From the human T2T-CHM13v2.0 reference genome, Homo sapiens: 64,000 nucleotides of DNA. Shown piece after piece: positions 11,761 through 24,504 of this stretch. Made by a program: the position numbers and the translations under genes. The notes under the pieces were generated by a model. The model was given only the letters and a program-made list of their open reading frames with translations. It was not told where the DNA came from and made no database searches. The stretch lies in the NCBI RefSeq assembly GCF_009914755.1, contig NC_060935.1; one strand, 5' to 3'. Positions within the stretch are counted from its first letter, which is position 1; each line of letters opens with the position of its first letter.

Positions 11761-13930
11761 AATAACCCTGCTACTGTTTTCCTACCTTTAAGCAAAAAAC
11801 AATTTCATACTCTTCTAGCTTGTGCTCTTGATTGGCAAATCGCAATAGCTGACTTTATTGGTAATATCAGCTTTCATTTACCAGCCTCTAAGCTCCTGAA
11901 CTTTTTACAAACTGTGCCTGTTAAATTTGTATCTATTGTTGTTTCTGAGCCCTTGCTTCATGCCACTACTGTCTTTACAGATGGTTTAGGAAAAACTGGA
12001 AGAGCAGCTACAGTGTGGCAATAGGCCATGCAAAAATGGCAGCACAAAATCCAGGAACATTTTAAAACCACGCAACAGGCAGAGTTAGGTGCCCTGATAT
12101 TGGCCTTACAAACTTTTCCTCACCAAGACATAAACATAGTTAGTGATTCCGCTTATGCGGTGTGTAGTATTACTCATTTAGATCTTGCACATGTGAAGGG
12201 CATTACTAATGAACCCCTACTAGCTTTGTTTCTTGCAGCGTAAGAGCTCCTCTGTGACCATCATTGTGGGGAAAAGAAAGAGAGATCAGACTGTTACTGT
12301 GCCTATGTAGAAAAGGAAGACAAAAGAAACTCCATTTTGATCTGTACAAAGAAAAATTGTTATGCTTTGAGACGCTGTTAACCTGTAACTTTAGCCCCAA
12401 CCCTGTGCTCACAGAAACATGTGCTGTATTGAATCAAGGTTTAAGGGATTTAGGGGTATGCAGGATGTGCCTTGTTAACTATATGTTTGCAGACAGTATG
12501 CTTGGTAAAAGTCATCGCCATTCTCCATTCTCTATTAACCAGGGACACGATGCACTGCGGAAAGCCGCAGGGACCTCTGCCCAAGAAAGCCTGGGTGTTG
12601 TCCAAGGTTTCCCCCGACTGAGACAGCCCGAGATATGGCCTCGTGGGATTGGAAAGACCTTACCATCCCCTAGCCCGACACCCGTAAAGGGTCTGTGCTG
12701 AGGAGGATTAGTAAAAGAGGAAGGCCTCTTTGTGGTTGAGATAAGAGGAAGTCCTCTGTTTCCCACATGTCCCTGGGAATGGAATGTCTCGGTGTAAAGC
12801 CGACTATTCGTTCTATTCTGAGATAGGAGAAAACTGCCCTGTGGCTGGAGGCGAGATATGCTGGCAGCAATACTGCTCTGTTACTCTTTACTAACTGAGA
12901 TGTTTGGGTAAAGAGAAACATAAATCTAGCCTACGTGCACATCTGGGCACAGTACCTTCCCTTGAACTTATTTATGATGCAGATTCCCTTACTCACATGT
13001 TTTCCTGCTGACCTTCTCCCCACCATCACCCTGTTCACCCTGTTCTTCTGCCGCACCCCCCATGCCAAGATAGTGAAAATAGTAATCAATAAACCCTGAG
13101 GGAACTCGGAGACCGGCGCCGGTGCAGTTCCTCGCATGCTGAGTGTGCCGGACCCCTGGGCCCACCGTTCTTTCTCTGTACTTTGTGTCTTATTTCTTTT
13201 CTCAGTCTCTTGTCTACACCTGACGAGAAATACCCACAGGTGTGGAGGGGCAAGCCCCCTTCGATCATCACCCTCTTTACATCACACATATTCACTCTCA
13301 TTCTGGGCTACCTGGTCCCTTATCAGAAGGGAACGCTCGAGCTAATGCTCTGGTACACACACAGATGTGGTTTGCAGACTCTCCTGCTTTTTTGCGAATT
13401 CAAGCTGATCATGCTTTTTTTCCATCAGAACGCCTGCAGTCTTAAACAACAGTTTCATTTAACACTTGCTCAAGCTCACATGATTATTAAAACTTATCCT
13501 GATTGCCAATGGCATTCTCTTTCCCCTTTTTCCTTAGGACTTGGTGCCAACCCACGAGGTCTGGTGCCTAATGCTATCTGGCAAACTGATGTTACTCAGT
13601 ATCCACCCTTTGGACGTTTTTAAATCTCTCCATGTTACTGTGGACACTTATATAGACCTAATACATGCTATCCCCATGCCGGAGAAAAAACTAAAGATGC
13701 AGTTGCTCATTTGTTTGAATCTATTATGACTCCAGCCCTTCCACAAACTGTAAAACTGATAATGGCCCCTGCTATCTTAGTGCTCACTTTGGCTATGCAT
13801 TGCAACTTTGGCAATAAGATCAACATACAACCCAAGACTGGGATTCCCTGTAACTCAACCAGTCAGGCCATTATTAAACAAGTTCATCAAACTCGTAAAG
13901 TATATCTTAATAAACAAAAAAGGGGGAATA
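11761..13930 (+). pseudogene. pol: pol remnant: RT connection, RNase H, N-terminal/core integrase; interrupted by LTR5
   Basis: DWQIAIADFIG, TVFTDG, QQAELGA, NIVSDSAY, HIHSHSGLPGPLSEGN, NPRGLVPNAIWQTDVT; stops and frameshifts; no protease or RT palm. Confidence 0.9.
12265..13263 (+). mobile_element. HERV-K(HML-2) solo LTR, LTR5A/5B type (999 bp)
   Basis: Starts tgtggggaaaagaaagagagatcagactg, ends gcaagcccccttcg; TSD ATCAT (12260-12264 / 13264-13268); AATAAA at 13088. Confidence 0.93.
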
Positions 13931-13980
13931 TCGGGCCCTCTTCTCGAGAACAGGACCTGTCATTGGAGAATCGACTGACA

Positions 13981-14172
13981 ATGACGGTGATGACTCAGAA
14001 GGCACCTGACATTACCTGGGGACAGCTAAAGAAATTGGATCAACAGGCAACTATCCGGCTTGCAGGCATAGAAGCCTCTGTAACTGCAGAGAATCAGTTT
14101 CTTATGTATCTGGGGGTAATTGGGAAAACTTCTGAGAAAGTAAGACGACATAGATGTTGGGGTGGCTGGTAA
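13981..14172 (+). pseudogene. Rec-like / Env-leader ORF (63 aa from ATG 13981)
   Basis: APDITWGQLKKLDQQA matches the HML Rec/signal-peptide core (HML-2 PTWAQLKKLTQLA); donor AAA|GTAAGA at 14139/14140. Confidence 0.7.
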
Positions 14173-15899
14173 TTCTTGTCCTTTGCCAAGTGGGATCACC
14201 TCAAGAACATGTTTACTGGAGTCATGTTCTAAATCCCCCTGTTTTTAATGTTATTTCATGGTGGGATGCTGACCTGCCTTTGTCATCTAATGATACTTCT
14301 TGGACGAGAGGTCGATGGATGCCCCTGTCTTACCCTTCAGTGGAAAATTTGGGATGGATTAAACTTAATAACTCCTTGGTTGTATTGTCTAGTAATCCCC
14401 CTCTTTGTTTTTCCACAATAGCACATGCTAAGTGTGTTACTCTTATTCTTCAGGAGTATCTTTACTGTCAGCCTAAAAGGGATGCTAAGCTTGCAAACTT
14501 GACCTTTATTTCTGCTATTACCACTAATCTTACTGAGGTCTCTAATGAAGCTACACAAGTGCCTGATCTTCCTATATGCCGTCTGAGTAGGGACTGGGGA
14601 TATAAGTTTGAGGCCATTCAGTGGTCTCCATCCAGACAGCCTGCGCCATGTCAAGGGCCTCTGTTTGATAATGGCACCTTACTTGATTGGAGTCCCCATG
14701 GTTATCTTATGTCTGCAAATCAGACTATTGGATCTGGGAGTCCCCAGTAAGTCTATCACCTGGTCAGAGTACAGGCTTTCAGGACCAATATTACAACTAA
14801 AAGGGAAACAAGCTTTAAGCCCTGCTCATACCCAAATTTGGAGATTAGAACTTCCTTTTTTTGAATGGGTTCTTTCACATGATGAGTATATTACTAGCAG
14901 TGGCAATTATACCCTCTGTTTCCATAATAATGTTACTGACACAGTTGTGATTTGTACTACGCACTCTTATATACTTTTGTTTGGGCAAAGTGTTCCTAAT
15001 ATAGAGCAGAATCAATCCTTTTATAGTAGTAAAGTCTCTTCCAGTAGTTAGTATGCTACATGCCTGTCTCATCGAAATGTTACATAGTTAAATATAACCT
15101 ATGTCATGATCTTAAAATGGCGTGCAGAATTTTGGCTGCCTGTAAATTTAACCTGGAGCTGGGAAGGAGATTCAACCCTGCAGCTGTTTAGAAAAGCACT
15201 GTCTCATACTCAGAAAAAAAGATTTCTGGCCACTTTAATTGCTTTTTTAGTCTCAGCTATTATTATATTAGCAACTGCTGCTACTGCAGCTGCTTTTTCT
15301 AACAAAATCTATTCACACAGCTTCAGTGGTGAACCACATGGTATATAATGTAACCCATAAATTTCAAAAACAGGTAAATATTAATCAAACTACTCTGTCT
15401 CACCTGGAGGCTCTTAAAGCTGCAGTTGAATGGCTGGGGGATCAGCAGCTGGCATTCATTACCCATCAACATTTATATTGTAATTGGCAATATAATTCTA
15501 TCTATGTCACACCTCTGCCATATAATAGCTCCCAATATGCTTGGGAGAGAGTGAAAACACACCTGCAAGGGGCTTATCACAATCATTAGTCTTCTCAAAT
15601 TCCCACTCTTAAGTGTAAATTTAAAAAACAACTTAAAAAATGGTCACAGCAATTATAAACAAATACCCTTCAACAATTATAAAAAGGCTTTCAATAGTTA
15701 AACCCAAACACTTAGTTATCTGGGTTAAACATACACATTTGGGTAATGGCCAATATACTTATTCTTTTTTGTATTTGTTTGCTAGGTATGTACAAATGGC
15801 TCTGTGCTGTCACTCAGTGCATCTATAACCAAGAAAAAGCAATAAAAGCTTACCTCGCTTTAAATAACCAACATACTCTAAAAATTAAAGAAGGGGGAG
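14154..15899 (+). pseudogene. env: env remnant (SU + TM), frameshifted
   Basis: HVYWSHVLNPP, LLDWSPHG, FWLPVNL, furin-like QKKR followed by fusion peptide FLATLIAFLVSAIIILATA, EWLGDQ, CNWQYNSIYVTP. Confidence 0.9.
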
Positions 15900-15900
15900 A
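15881..15900 (+). promoter_or_regulatory. Polypurine tract
   Basis: aaaattaaagaagggggaga immediately before the 3' LTR TG. Confidence 0.9.
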
Positions 15901-16304
15901 TGTTGAGGGTGCACGGCAACATATCCAAGCTTATGTACATGGCATTTGAGGTTGGGGCATGGAAAAATACTGAGGCACTCTGTGTATGTTATTTATGCAT
16001 GAGAATGTAACTCCTTGACCCTAAAAACAGGACAAGGATTGAGGTGTGTAATAAGGAACGCTGAAAACAGCCTCCTAAGAAGGTGGTTTGAGAGCTTTTA
16101 TAAGGTCATAGGTGTCTCATGACCCTCAAAAAGCCATCTAGTGGATGTTTGTGGTTTAACAAGCTCTTTCAATAAATACTTGGCGGACAGATGCTGGGGT
16201 GGACTCTCTCAGAAGAGCTCCCCGCCACCCCCGCTCGAGGCCCACTCAGCTGGAATTGTCTAAGAACTCATTCTTGGCATTCACTGCAAGCTATAAACTC
16301 TGCA
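15901..16304 (+). mobile_element. 3' LTR (404 bp)
   Basis: tgttgagggt...actctgca followed by TSD taaag; AATAAA at 16171. Confidence 0.93.
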
Positions 16305-16891
16305 TAAAGTTTCCATATCTACACATTTCTTGGCTACATCAATGGTAATTGCTTGGGTGGCCAAATAGAAAGCTTCCCACAGCAGGTGGGAAGTTCCCAT
16401 ACCCAGGGGAATTATTGACGCTAGCTCAATAGTTGAGAGCTGAGAGGCAGGAAGTGGCAGTGAGTCCTGGTCTCGGGGTGAAGAAACCGGTACTCTAGCT
16501 AAGCTCTACCTTGCACTAGCTGTGTGTCCTTAGGTAAGTCACTTGCCCTTTCTGGGAAAAGAAGGGCATTTAAATAAACACTCCTCCAAAAGGAGCTTTC
16601 CACATAATATAGCTCAGAGATTAAGAGCAAGGCCTCTGAAACCAGAGAGACTAGAATTCAAATCTCAGTCTTACCCCACCTACAGGCCCTTGACCTCAGA
16701 CATCTTTCGCTTCTCTGAGTCTCAGCTTCCCCAGCTTTGATGAGAGCGTTTGGGGCCATACTGGCAGGGCTGCAGTAAGCAAGGGAAGTAGGCACGTTGC
16801 TTATCAACTAAAAAGCTTTATGCACATGGGTGACAATCATCATTGCCATTATTATCTCCCAAGCCTTTGTTTCCCAGGCTCTCTGAGCACG

Positions 16892-17116
16892 ATGTCTGCA
16901 GCTCCCGCCAGCAATGGAGTGTTTGTTGTCATCCCGCCAAACAACGCCGGTGGCCTCTGCCCACCTCCGGCCATTCTGCCCACATCCATGTGCCAACCTC
17001 CAGGGATTATGCAGTTTGAGGAGCCACCGCTGGGGGCACAGACACCAAGGGCCACACAGCCACCTGACTTGCGGCCCGTGGAGACATTCCTGACAGGAGA
17101 GCCCAAAGTTTTGGGG
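16892..17116 (+). CDS. MS4A15: MS4A15 coding exon 1 (aa 1-75, cytoplasmic N-terminus)
   Basis: MSAAPASNGVFVVIPP...FLTGEPKVLG; acceptors at 16863/4 and 16877/8; donor GGG|GTAAGA. Confidence 0.95.
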
Positions 17117-17786
17117 GTAAGAACAGCCTCTCTGCACAACCTGAGGCAGGTAGTGAGTATCCCAGCACCGGAACATTCATGCATGTTTTGGAGAGGGGAG
17201 AAGGCAGTTAACAAATATGTAGTAATGACTCAAAGATTCAGCCATGCACCAGGTAGACAAGCACCCTTCCCGCATAAAGTTCACAGAGAGTAAACCAGTA
17301 AACAAATGACTCAGAAACCTCCAAAGAGAAAAGTAAGGTTGAAAATGATGACTAGGGCTAAGGGGAATACTAGCGAGGGTAGGTGGAAACTTGTCTCTGG
17401 GGAGATGACATTTAAGCCCAAACCTGGCTGTTAGATTGAAGCCAGCCAAGGGAATAGCTAGTGGAAGGGCTGGAGAGGGAGGGCTCACCAGGTAGAGTGC
17501 AAAGGCCTTGGGAATGAGTGTGGCTGTTAAAGGAAGAGGTGGAAGCTCGCCATAGCTGGAATGTAATGAGCAAAGGAAAGGGGGAGGTGAGATGGAATGA
17601 AAGTGATAGATGAAAGTCAGCCCTGATAGAGCTGAAGGCACATGAAGGATTTCAATCTCAGATGGCCTTGAGCTATTGGTCTCAATAAAATACTGAAGTC
17701 ATAAAATATTAGGTAGAGATAGAAAGATACATACACACATTTGCACGTGTGTGTGTATACATGTAGCGTTAAAAAGAAAAGCTTTA

Positions 17787-18170
<384 letters not shown>

Positions 18171-18926
18171 TCAGAGAGCTCCATCCAGCTGTGTGAGCAG
18201 TAAGCTCTTATAGGCCAAACACAGAAGTGAAGTAGAGAAATCTCCCGATCAGCTGCAGCTAGGTGTCTGCCTTATTTGGGCATGATGTCATGAGGCATTT
18301 GCCTTATTTGGGCATAGTCTGATCAGTTGGCTGAAGCTGTTTGTCATTAGCTGAAACCCAGCTATCTGTTACAAAAATATACTCCTAGGTTAGGTTTCAG
18401 TGTGTTTATGTACTGGTTGGGTTGCAGTTTGTTATGTAGGAACTCAAATTATGGAGACAGGCTAATGGCCACCTGCTATTTTAATTATATACACACATAT
18501 GTAGATTCTTCAGTATGTTCCTTGGCCTCAGTTTCTCCAAGTAGAAGATGAAAGCATAGATTAAGCAATGGTGATGATGATGAAGGTGAAGATGATGACA
18601 GCTCTTACTTATGAAGCATCTCTGAGAGGTGCACGTACTGTGCCGGGGACTTTGCATGCATCATCTCACTAGATTCTCAGCACCACCTTGTAAGAAGGGG
18701 ATCATCGTTCCTGTTGGACAGATTACGAAACTGAGGTTTCTTAAGACTAAGTCATTTGCCTAAGGCCACACAGCTGATAAATGGCATCCTGTAAACTAGG
18801 GATGGCTGACCCTAAAGTTCTACTTTCAACCCCTCTGCTTTGTGGCGTCCAGGACCTCTGGCTCAATCATGCTGGAATTCTATCCTAATAGCTGCACCAC
18901 ATCCATTGGTGCAGAGGGGGACTGGA

Positions 18927-18982
18927 CTGGGGGCACAGACACCAAGGGCCACACAGCCACTGACTTGTGGCCCATGGAGACA
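18927..18982 (+). repeat. Intronic copy of part of MS4A15 coding exon 1 (17030-17086)
   Basis: 54 of 57 positions identical: one 1-bp deletion and two CpG transitions. Confidence 0.92.
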
Positions 18983-19255
18983 GCGGCTGGAATTTCGAAG
19001 CCTCAAAGCGGACCCTGGGAACCAGAGCTCTCCCCCTCCAAAAAAAAAAAAAAATTGATGAGACAAACAAACTGCTGAAAAGCACAAAAAAGTGGAAAAT
19101 ACAAATAAGAGTTATGGAATGCCACCCGCTAAGAATACCACTGCAGACTTAGCTGGCCTGCCGCCTCATAGCTGGGACACTTCGGGCAAGTTACTGAACA
19201 TCTCTGACCTTCAGTTTCCTCATCTCCAAAATTAGGATAATAATAACCTACCTCT

Positions 19256-19560
<305 letters not shown>

Positions 19561-20579
19561 ATAACCTACCTCTTCTCATTAGGATTAAATGAGACCACAT
19601 CTGTAAAACCCCCAGCACAGTGCTTAGCATAGACAGGCATTCAATAAGCGGCAGCTGGTGTTTCCCAAGGCATAATGGCAGTAGCTGTGGTGGTCTATCC
19701 ACAGGGGAAAGATCTAAGGAAGGGGAGCAACGCTGGCGACTTGGACACCATGCCATGCTGTGCCCTGTGAGGACACTGAAAAGATGAAAGACGTGTAGCT
19801 GAAGAGAAAAAGAAGCTGAAGATTCAGGGGCTCATGTCCATGAATATCCAAATACTTGGCACTCATGTTAGAAAGAAATATATATTCCACGTGATGCTGA
19901 CATGACAATTCTAGTTGTTCCCAGTCAGAACTGCCCATAAAAGGACCATGCTGGTTTGGGTAGTGGTGAGTACTGGTCACTGGAGTCCCCGTGAAAGTCA
20001 CGGAGCCGGAAGTGGCTCCTGGGCTCCCAGGGCTGGATTCCAGCGGTCTTCAACATCTCTTTCCACTCAGTTCCGGAATTCAATAGTTACCCAAAACGTT
20101 GCAATGTTTCTGCTATTTGGCAGACCTTACTAGAAGCTCACACTTGGGAAAACCATCCCACTTCTGGGCATAGACTAGTAGGGTGCTGGTAAACCAACTC
20201 TTAGAAAGAGAAAAAATCCCACTGGAGATTTCAGCAGGCTGAGAGGCAGCTGCTGCACAGGGCTGGGACGATCAGTGATGGACACGGAAATTGTGTGATG
20301 GACGCTGCAGATTGACAGGGTGGTGGGAGATGAGGAAGGGCAAGGTGAGGCATGCGGTGCAGGGAATGTTGGGCCATTGAACCGAGTCCTGAGAAAGCCA
20401 GGTAGGGACACAGCGATGCTTGAGATCCATGGATCAGAGCAGAAAACAGGAGGCAGGCTGGCTGAGAGAGCTGTGCTTTGTGGGTCCCGTAGGCTGCGGG
20501 GAACTAGCTTTCTCCTTAAAAGTGTCTATTGGTTTCTGTAATAATATCGCCTCTAAAGAACAGAATCTGAGTTTCTTTC

Positions 20580-20830
20580 CCAGTCGCCAACAAGCGGGAG
20601 GAGGGCGGGGCCAGCCACGCTCTCCGCGGGGCCGGCAGGGGGCGGTGTGGAACAGGGCCCGCGGCACTGAGCCTCGGGGCTTCCCGCAGACGGTGCAGAT
20701 CCTCATCGGCCTCATCCACCTAGGCTTTGGCAGCGTGCTGCTCATGGTTCGCCGCGGCCACGTGGGCATCTTCTTCATCGAGGGCGGCGTCCCCTTCTGG
20801 GGAGGAGCCTGCGTGAGTGCCGGGGCCATG
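20580..20830. promoter_or_regulatory. Small CpG-rich island with GC boxes over MS4A15 coding exon 2
   Basis: Dense CpG; GGGCGG twice within 100 nt upstream of the acceptor. Confidence 0.55.
20690..20812 (+). CDS. MS4A15: MS4A15 coding exon 2 (TM1, start of TM2)
   Basis: cgcag|TVQILIGLIHLGFG...GVPFWGGAC|gtgagt; CD20-family motif. Confidence 0.97.
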
Positions 20831-21067
20831 GAGAGGGAGGGTAGGGGGATGCTGCCCAGGCTCACCTCTCCCCCACGCGCCCACCCCCACCATCCTCCTG
20901 GGCACAGCCTCTCCTAGGTGGGGGCCTGGAGGCACTTCCTAGAAGAACTAGAGTCTAAATCTAACTCCTTGCCGGAAACGCTCACCATAAACTTGAGCCT
21001 GACCCCACCCCTGAGGATCAAAAGCTCCCAGCAAACAGCCAGAGAAGCTGCCAAAAAGGACGGGAAA

Positions 21068-21421
<354 letters not shown>

Positions 21422-23474
21422 TCACCCTGCAACCAAACCCCTCCCGCAGAAACCCTCTAGCTCCCTGAGTTGGGTCCCAGCCCTCCAGGAGCTCTGTCCC
21501 CTGGGAGTCCAACCAGCTCTGAAGCCCCTGAGCCCATTCCTTTGACCTCCTTCCGGCCAAACTGGCCACTCACCCGTGCCGGAAAACAGGCAGGTGAGTC
21601 CTTGTCACTGCCAACATTAAAGGGCACTTGAGTGTATACCGTGAACCTTGGTGTTTGCACCCCCATCAATACATCACCAGAGCCTCCAGCCGCCCCAAGG
21701 AAGCACAGGCCTCAGGGTCAGGTCAACGGGGTCTGAATCTCAGCTTCACCGCATGTTAAGATGGAGTCCCTTGGGCACGTCACTGAATCTCGATACTCAA
21801 CTTCCTCATCTAAAACTTGGGCTCATAGATCTGGCCCTGCCTACCTCATAGTTTGCAGAGGAAATCGAGAGATAATGTGCATGGTGAGTGGATTACTAAC
21901 GCTAAAATTCTGCACCAAATGGTGACTGTTGAGCAAGTCCTTTTTCGAGAGAAAGCCAGAGATTTGCATAAAAGGGGTCTCCATTGTGTGAGTGTTGGTT
22001 CCAGAACCGAGGCACAGTGACTTTCTTCCCCTGCCCAGGCTGCCTCCAGCAAGAGCACAAAATCCACCAGAATGGGGTTCAGGGAGGACAAATGGCTGAC
22101 ACATCACAACCAGATCAGGATGGTCACCTGGCCATCCTTGGGGACAAGCTCTGGCACTTTGAATGGTCCCCCTGACCTGAAGGTGGAGGAAAATTTTGCA
22201 ATCGGGAGAACCCATGGGGAGAAATCACAACAGGAAGAAACAAAGGGGTCACTTTCCCCTCTGAGCCCCCTCCTGCCAGGCTTTATCACAAATATGCCCA
22301 GTAAAGCTTCAAAAATGGGGGAAGGAACAAAAGCAAAAACTTGATTTTCAATCTCAGGAGACATGAGCGTCGGGAGATCCTGACAGGACACCTGTGAGCT
22401 CCAACATTTAATCATTGTGTTGGATCTTCACATCACTGATGTCTGGGGACCCCTGAAAGTACAGGGGTATTATGTGCATTTTTCTAGAAAGCAGGCTCAT
22501 AGCTTTTCTTGGAGGCTCAAAGGAGACCTTAGTTGAACATTCCCAGAATTCCAGGATGGTGGATGACTTGGAAGGAAAGAGGCAGTCAGCCGGCATGCGG
22601 GTGCAGCCAGGCCTCCTTCTCTGTATGAACCTGGGCAAGTTGCTGCCTGTCTCTGGGGCTTGACTTTCTCATCAATAAGACATCATGCCTGTCTCCAGCC
22701 CAGAGAGCCGGATTCTAAACCCAGCTGCCCTCTTGACAACTCCGCTTGATGCCGAAAAGGCAACTCAGTATATCAAAATGAAACTCTTGATTCCTGCCAT
22801 AGGCTTGTCCCCAGCCCTATCCCTCCTATCACCTCCTCATCTCAGCAAATGGCACCTCCAGCCACCCAACTGCCAAAGCTAAACATATCCCAAGAATTGT
22901 CCTAGAATCTTCTTTCCCTGCTGCGCATCCACCCCAGCAGCAGGTCGCGCCGGATCACCCTCCAGAGCATAGCCTGAGTGTGTCCGCTTCTTCCCACCCC
23001 CATGGCCACCATGCTGAGCTACACCTGCTTGAGACCTGTAGTGACTCATTCCTGGTCCTCTGTCTCCGTGTCACCCCAGGGCCTCCTCCACCCACCGCTG
23101 ACCCTGCGGTCTCCCCAGCATGGCAGCTGAGTGCCCCCTGCAAATTGCAGACCTGCTAAGCTGCAGGCCCAGAGTGGCGCAGCACTGCTCAGCTCCACCC
23201 TCTCAGCTCGGCAGACGCAGGGCCAGCCCCACCTCAGTGTGTCAGGCGACTGCCAAGTACATAGGTGCCATGATGCAGGTCCCTGGGCTATCCTTATGGA
23301 TAGCCTCGTGCCCGGCTGTTGTCATCCCAGCTCACAGAGACAACCCTGACACCCACCCAACCTCGAGTAGCCCCAGTGACCGCTATGACTTCATCACAGC
23401 TCTTAGCACCACTGTCTGTACTTTTCTTCACTGTTTGCTAAGTGTCAGTCTTCCCCAATTAGAATATAAGTTCC

Positions 23475-23807
<333 letters not shown>

Positions 23808-23839
23808 TTATTCAACTCTGTTATGTTCCTGGCACATAA

Positions 23840-24233
<394 letters not shown>

Positions 24234-24447
24234 TGACGTCAATGAAAACACTCACCTTGTAAGCCACAGCCCTAGTTCTCTGGACAGGGGACACCCCTGC
24301 CGAGAGACCCCAAGGTGCCTGCCTGGCAGAGAAAGTGGCATCAGGAGGCTGTTGTCTCTCCCTGGCACCTCTTGACAGATCCCAAGCAGGGTCTGCCCTG
24401 CCCAGGGTCCTGGCTGAGGCCTCACCTGGTCCCCTCTCCCCATACAG

Positions 24448-24504
24448 TTCATCATCTCCGGATCCCTCTCAGTGGCAGCCGAGAAGAACCACACCAGTTG
24501 CCTG
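24448..24504 (+). CDS. MS4A15: MS4A15 coding exon 3
   Basis: tacag|FIISGSLSVAAEKNHTSCL|gtgagt. Confidence 0.97.

Larger units (their letters stand above)
9721..16304 (+). mobile_element. Class II (betaretrovirus-like) endogenous provirus, HERV-K HML-6 / HERVK3-LTR3-like, internally deleted
   Basis: Paired TG...CA LTRs, 5-bp TSD TAAAG (9716-9720 / 16305-16309), PBS, PPT, and gag/pol/env remnants with HML motifs. Provirus is certain; HML-6 assignment rests on LTR size and sequence recognition. Confidence 0.92.

Noticed and set aside
16820-16891. N-terminal extension of MS4A15 from ATG 16820
   Set aside because: ATG 16820 lies upstream of the splice acceptors (16863, 16877); needs an unevidenced local TSS
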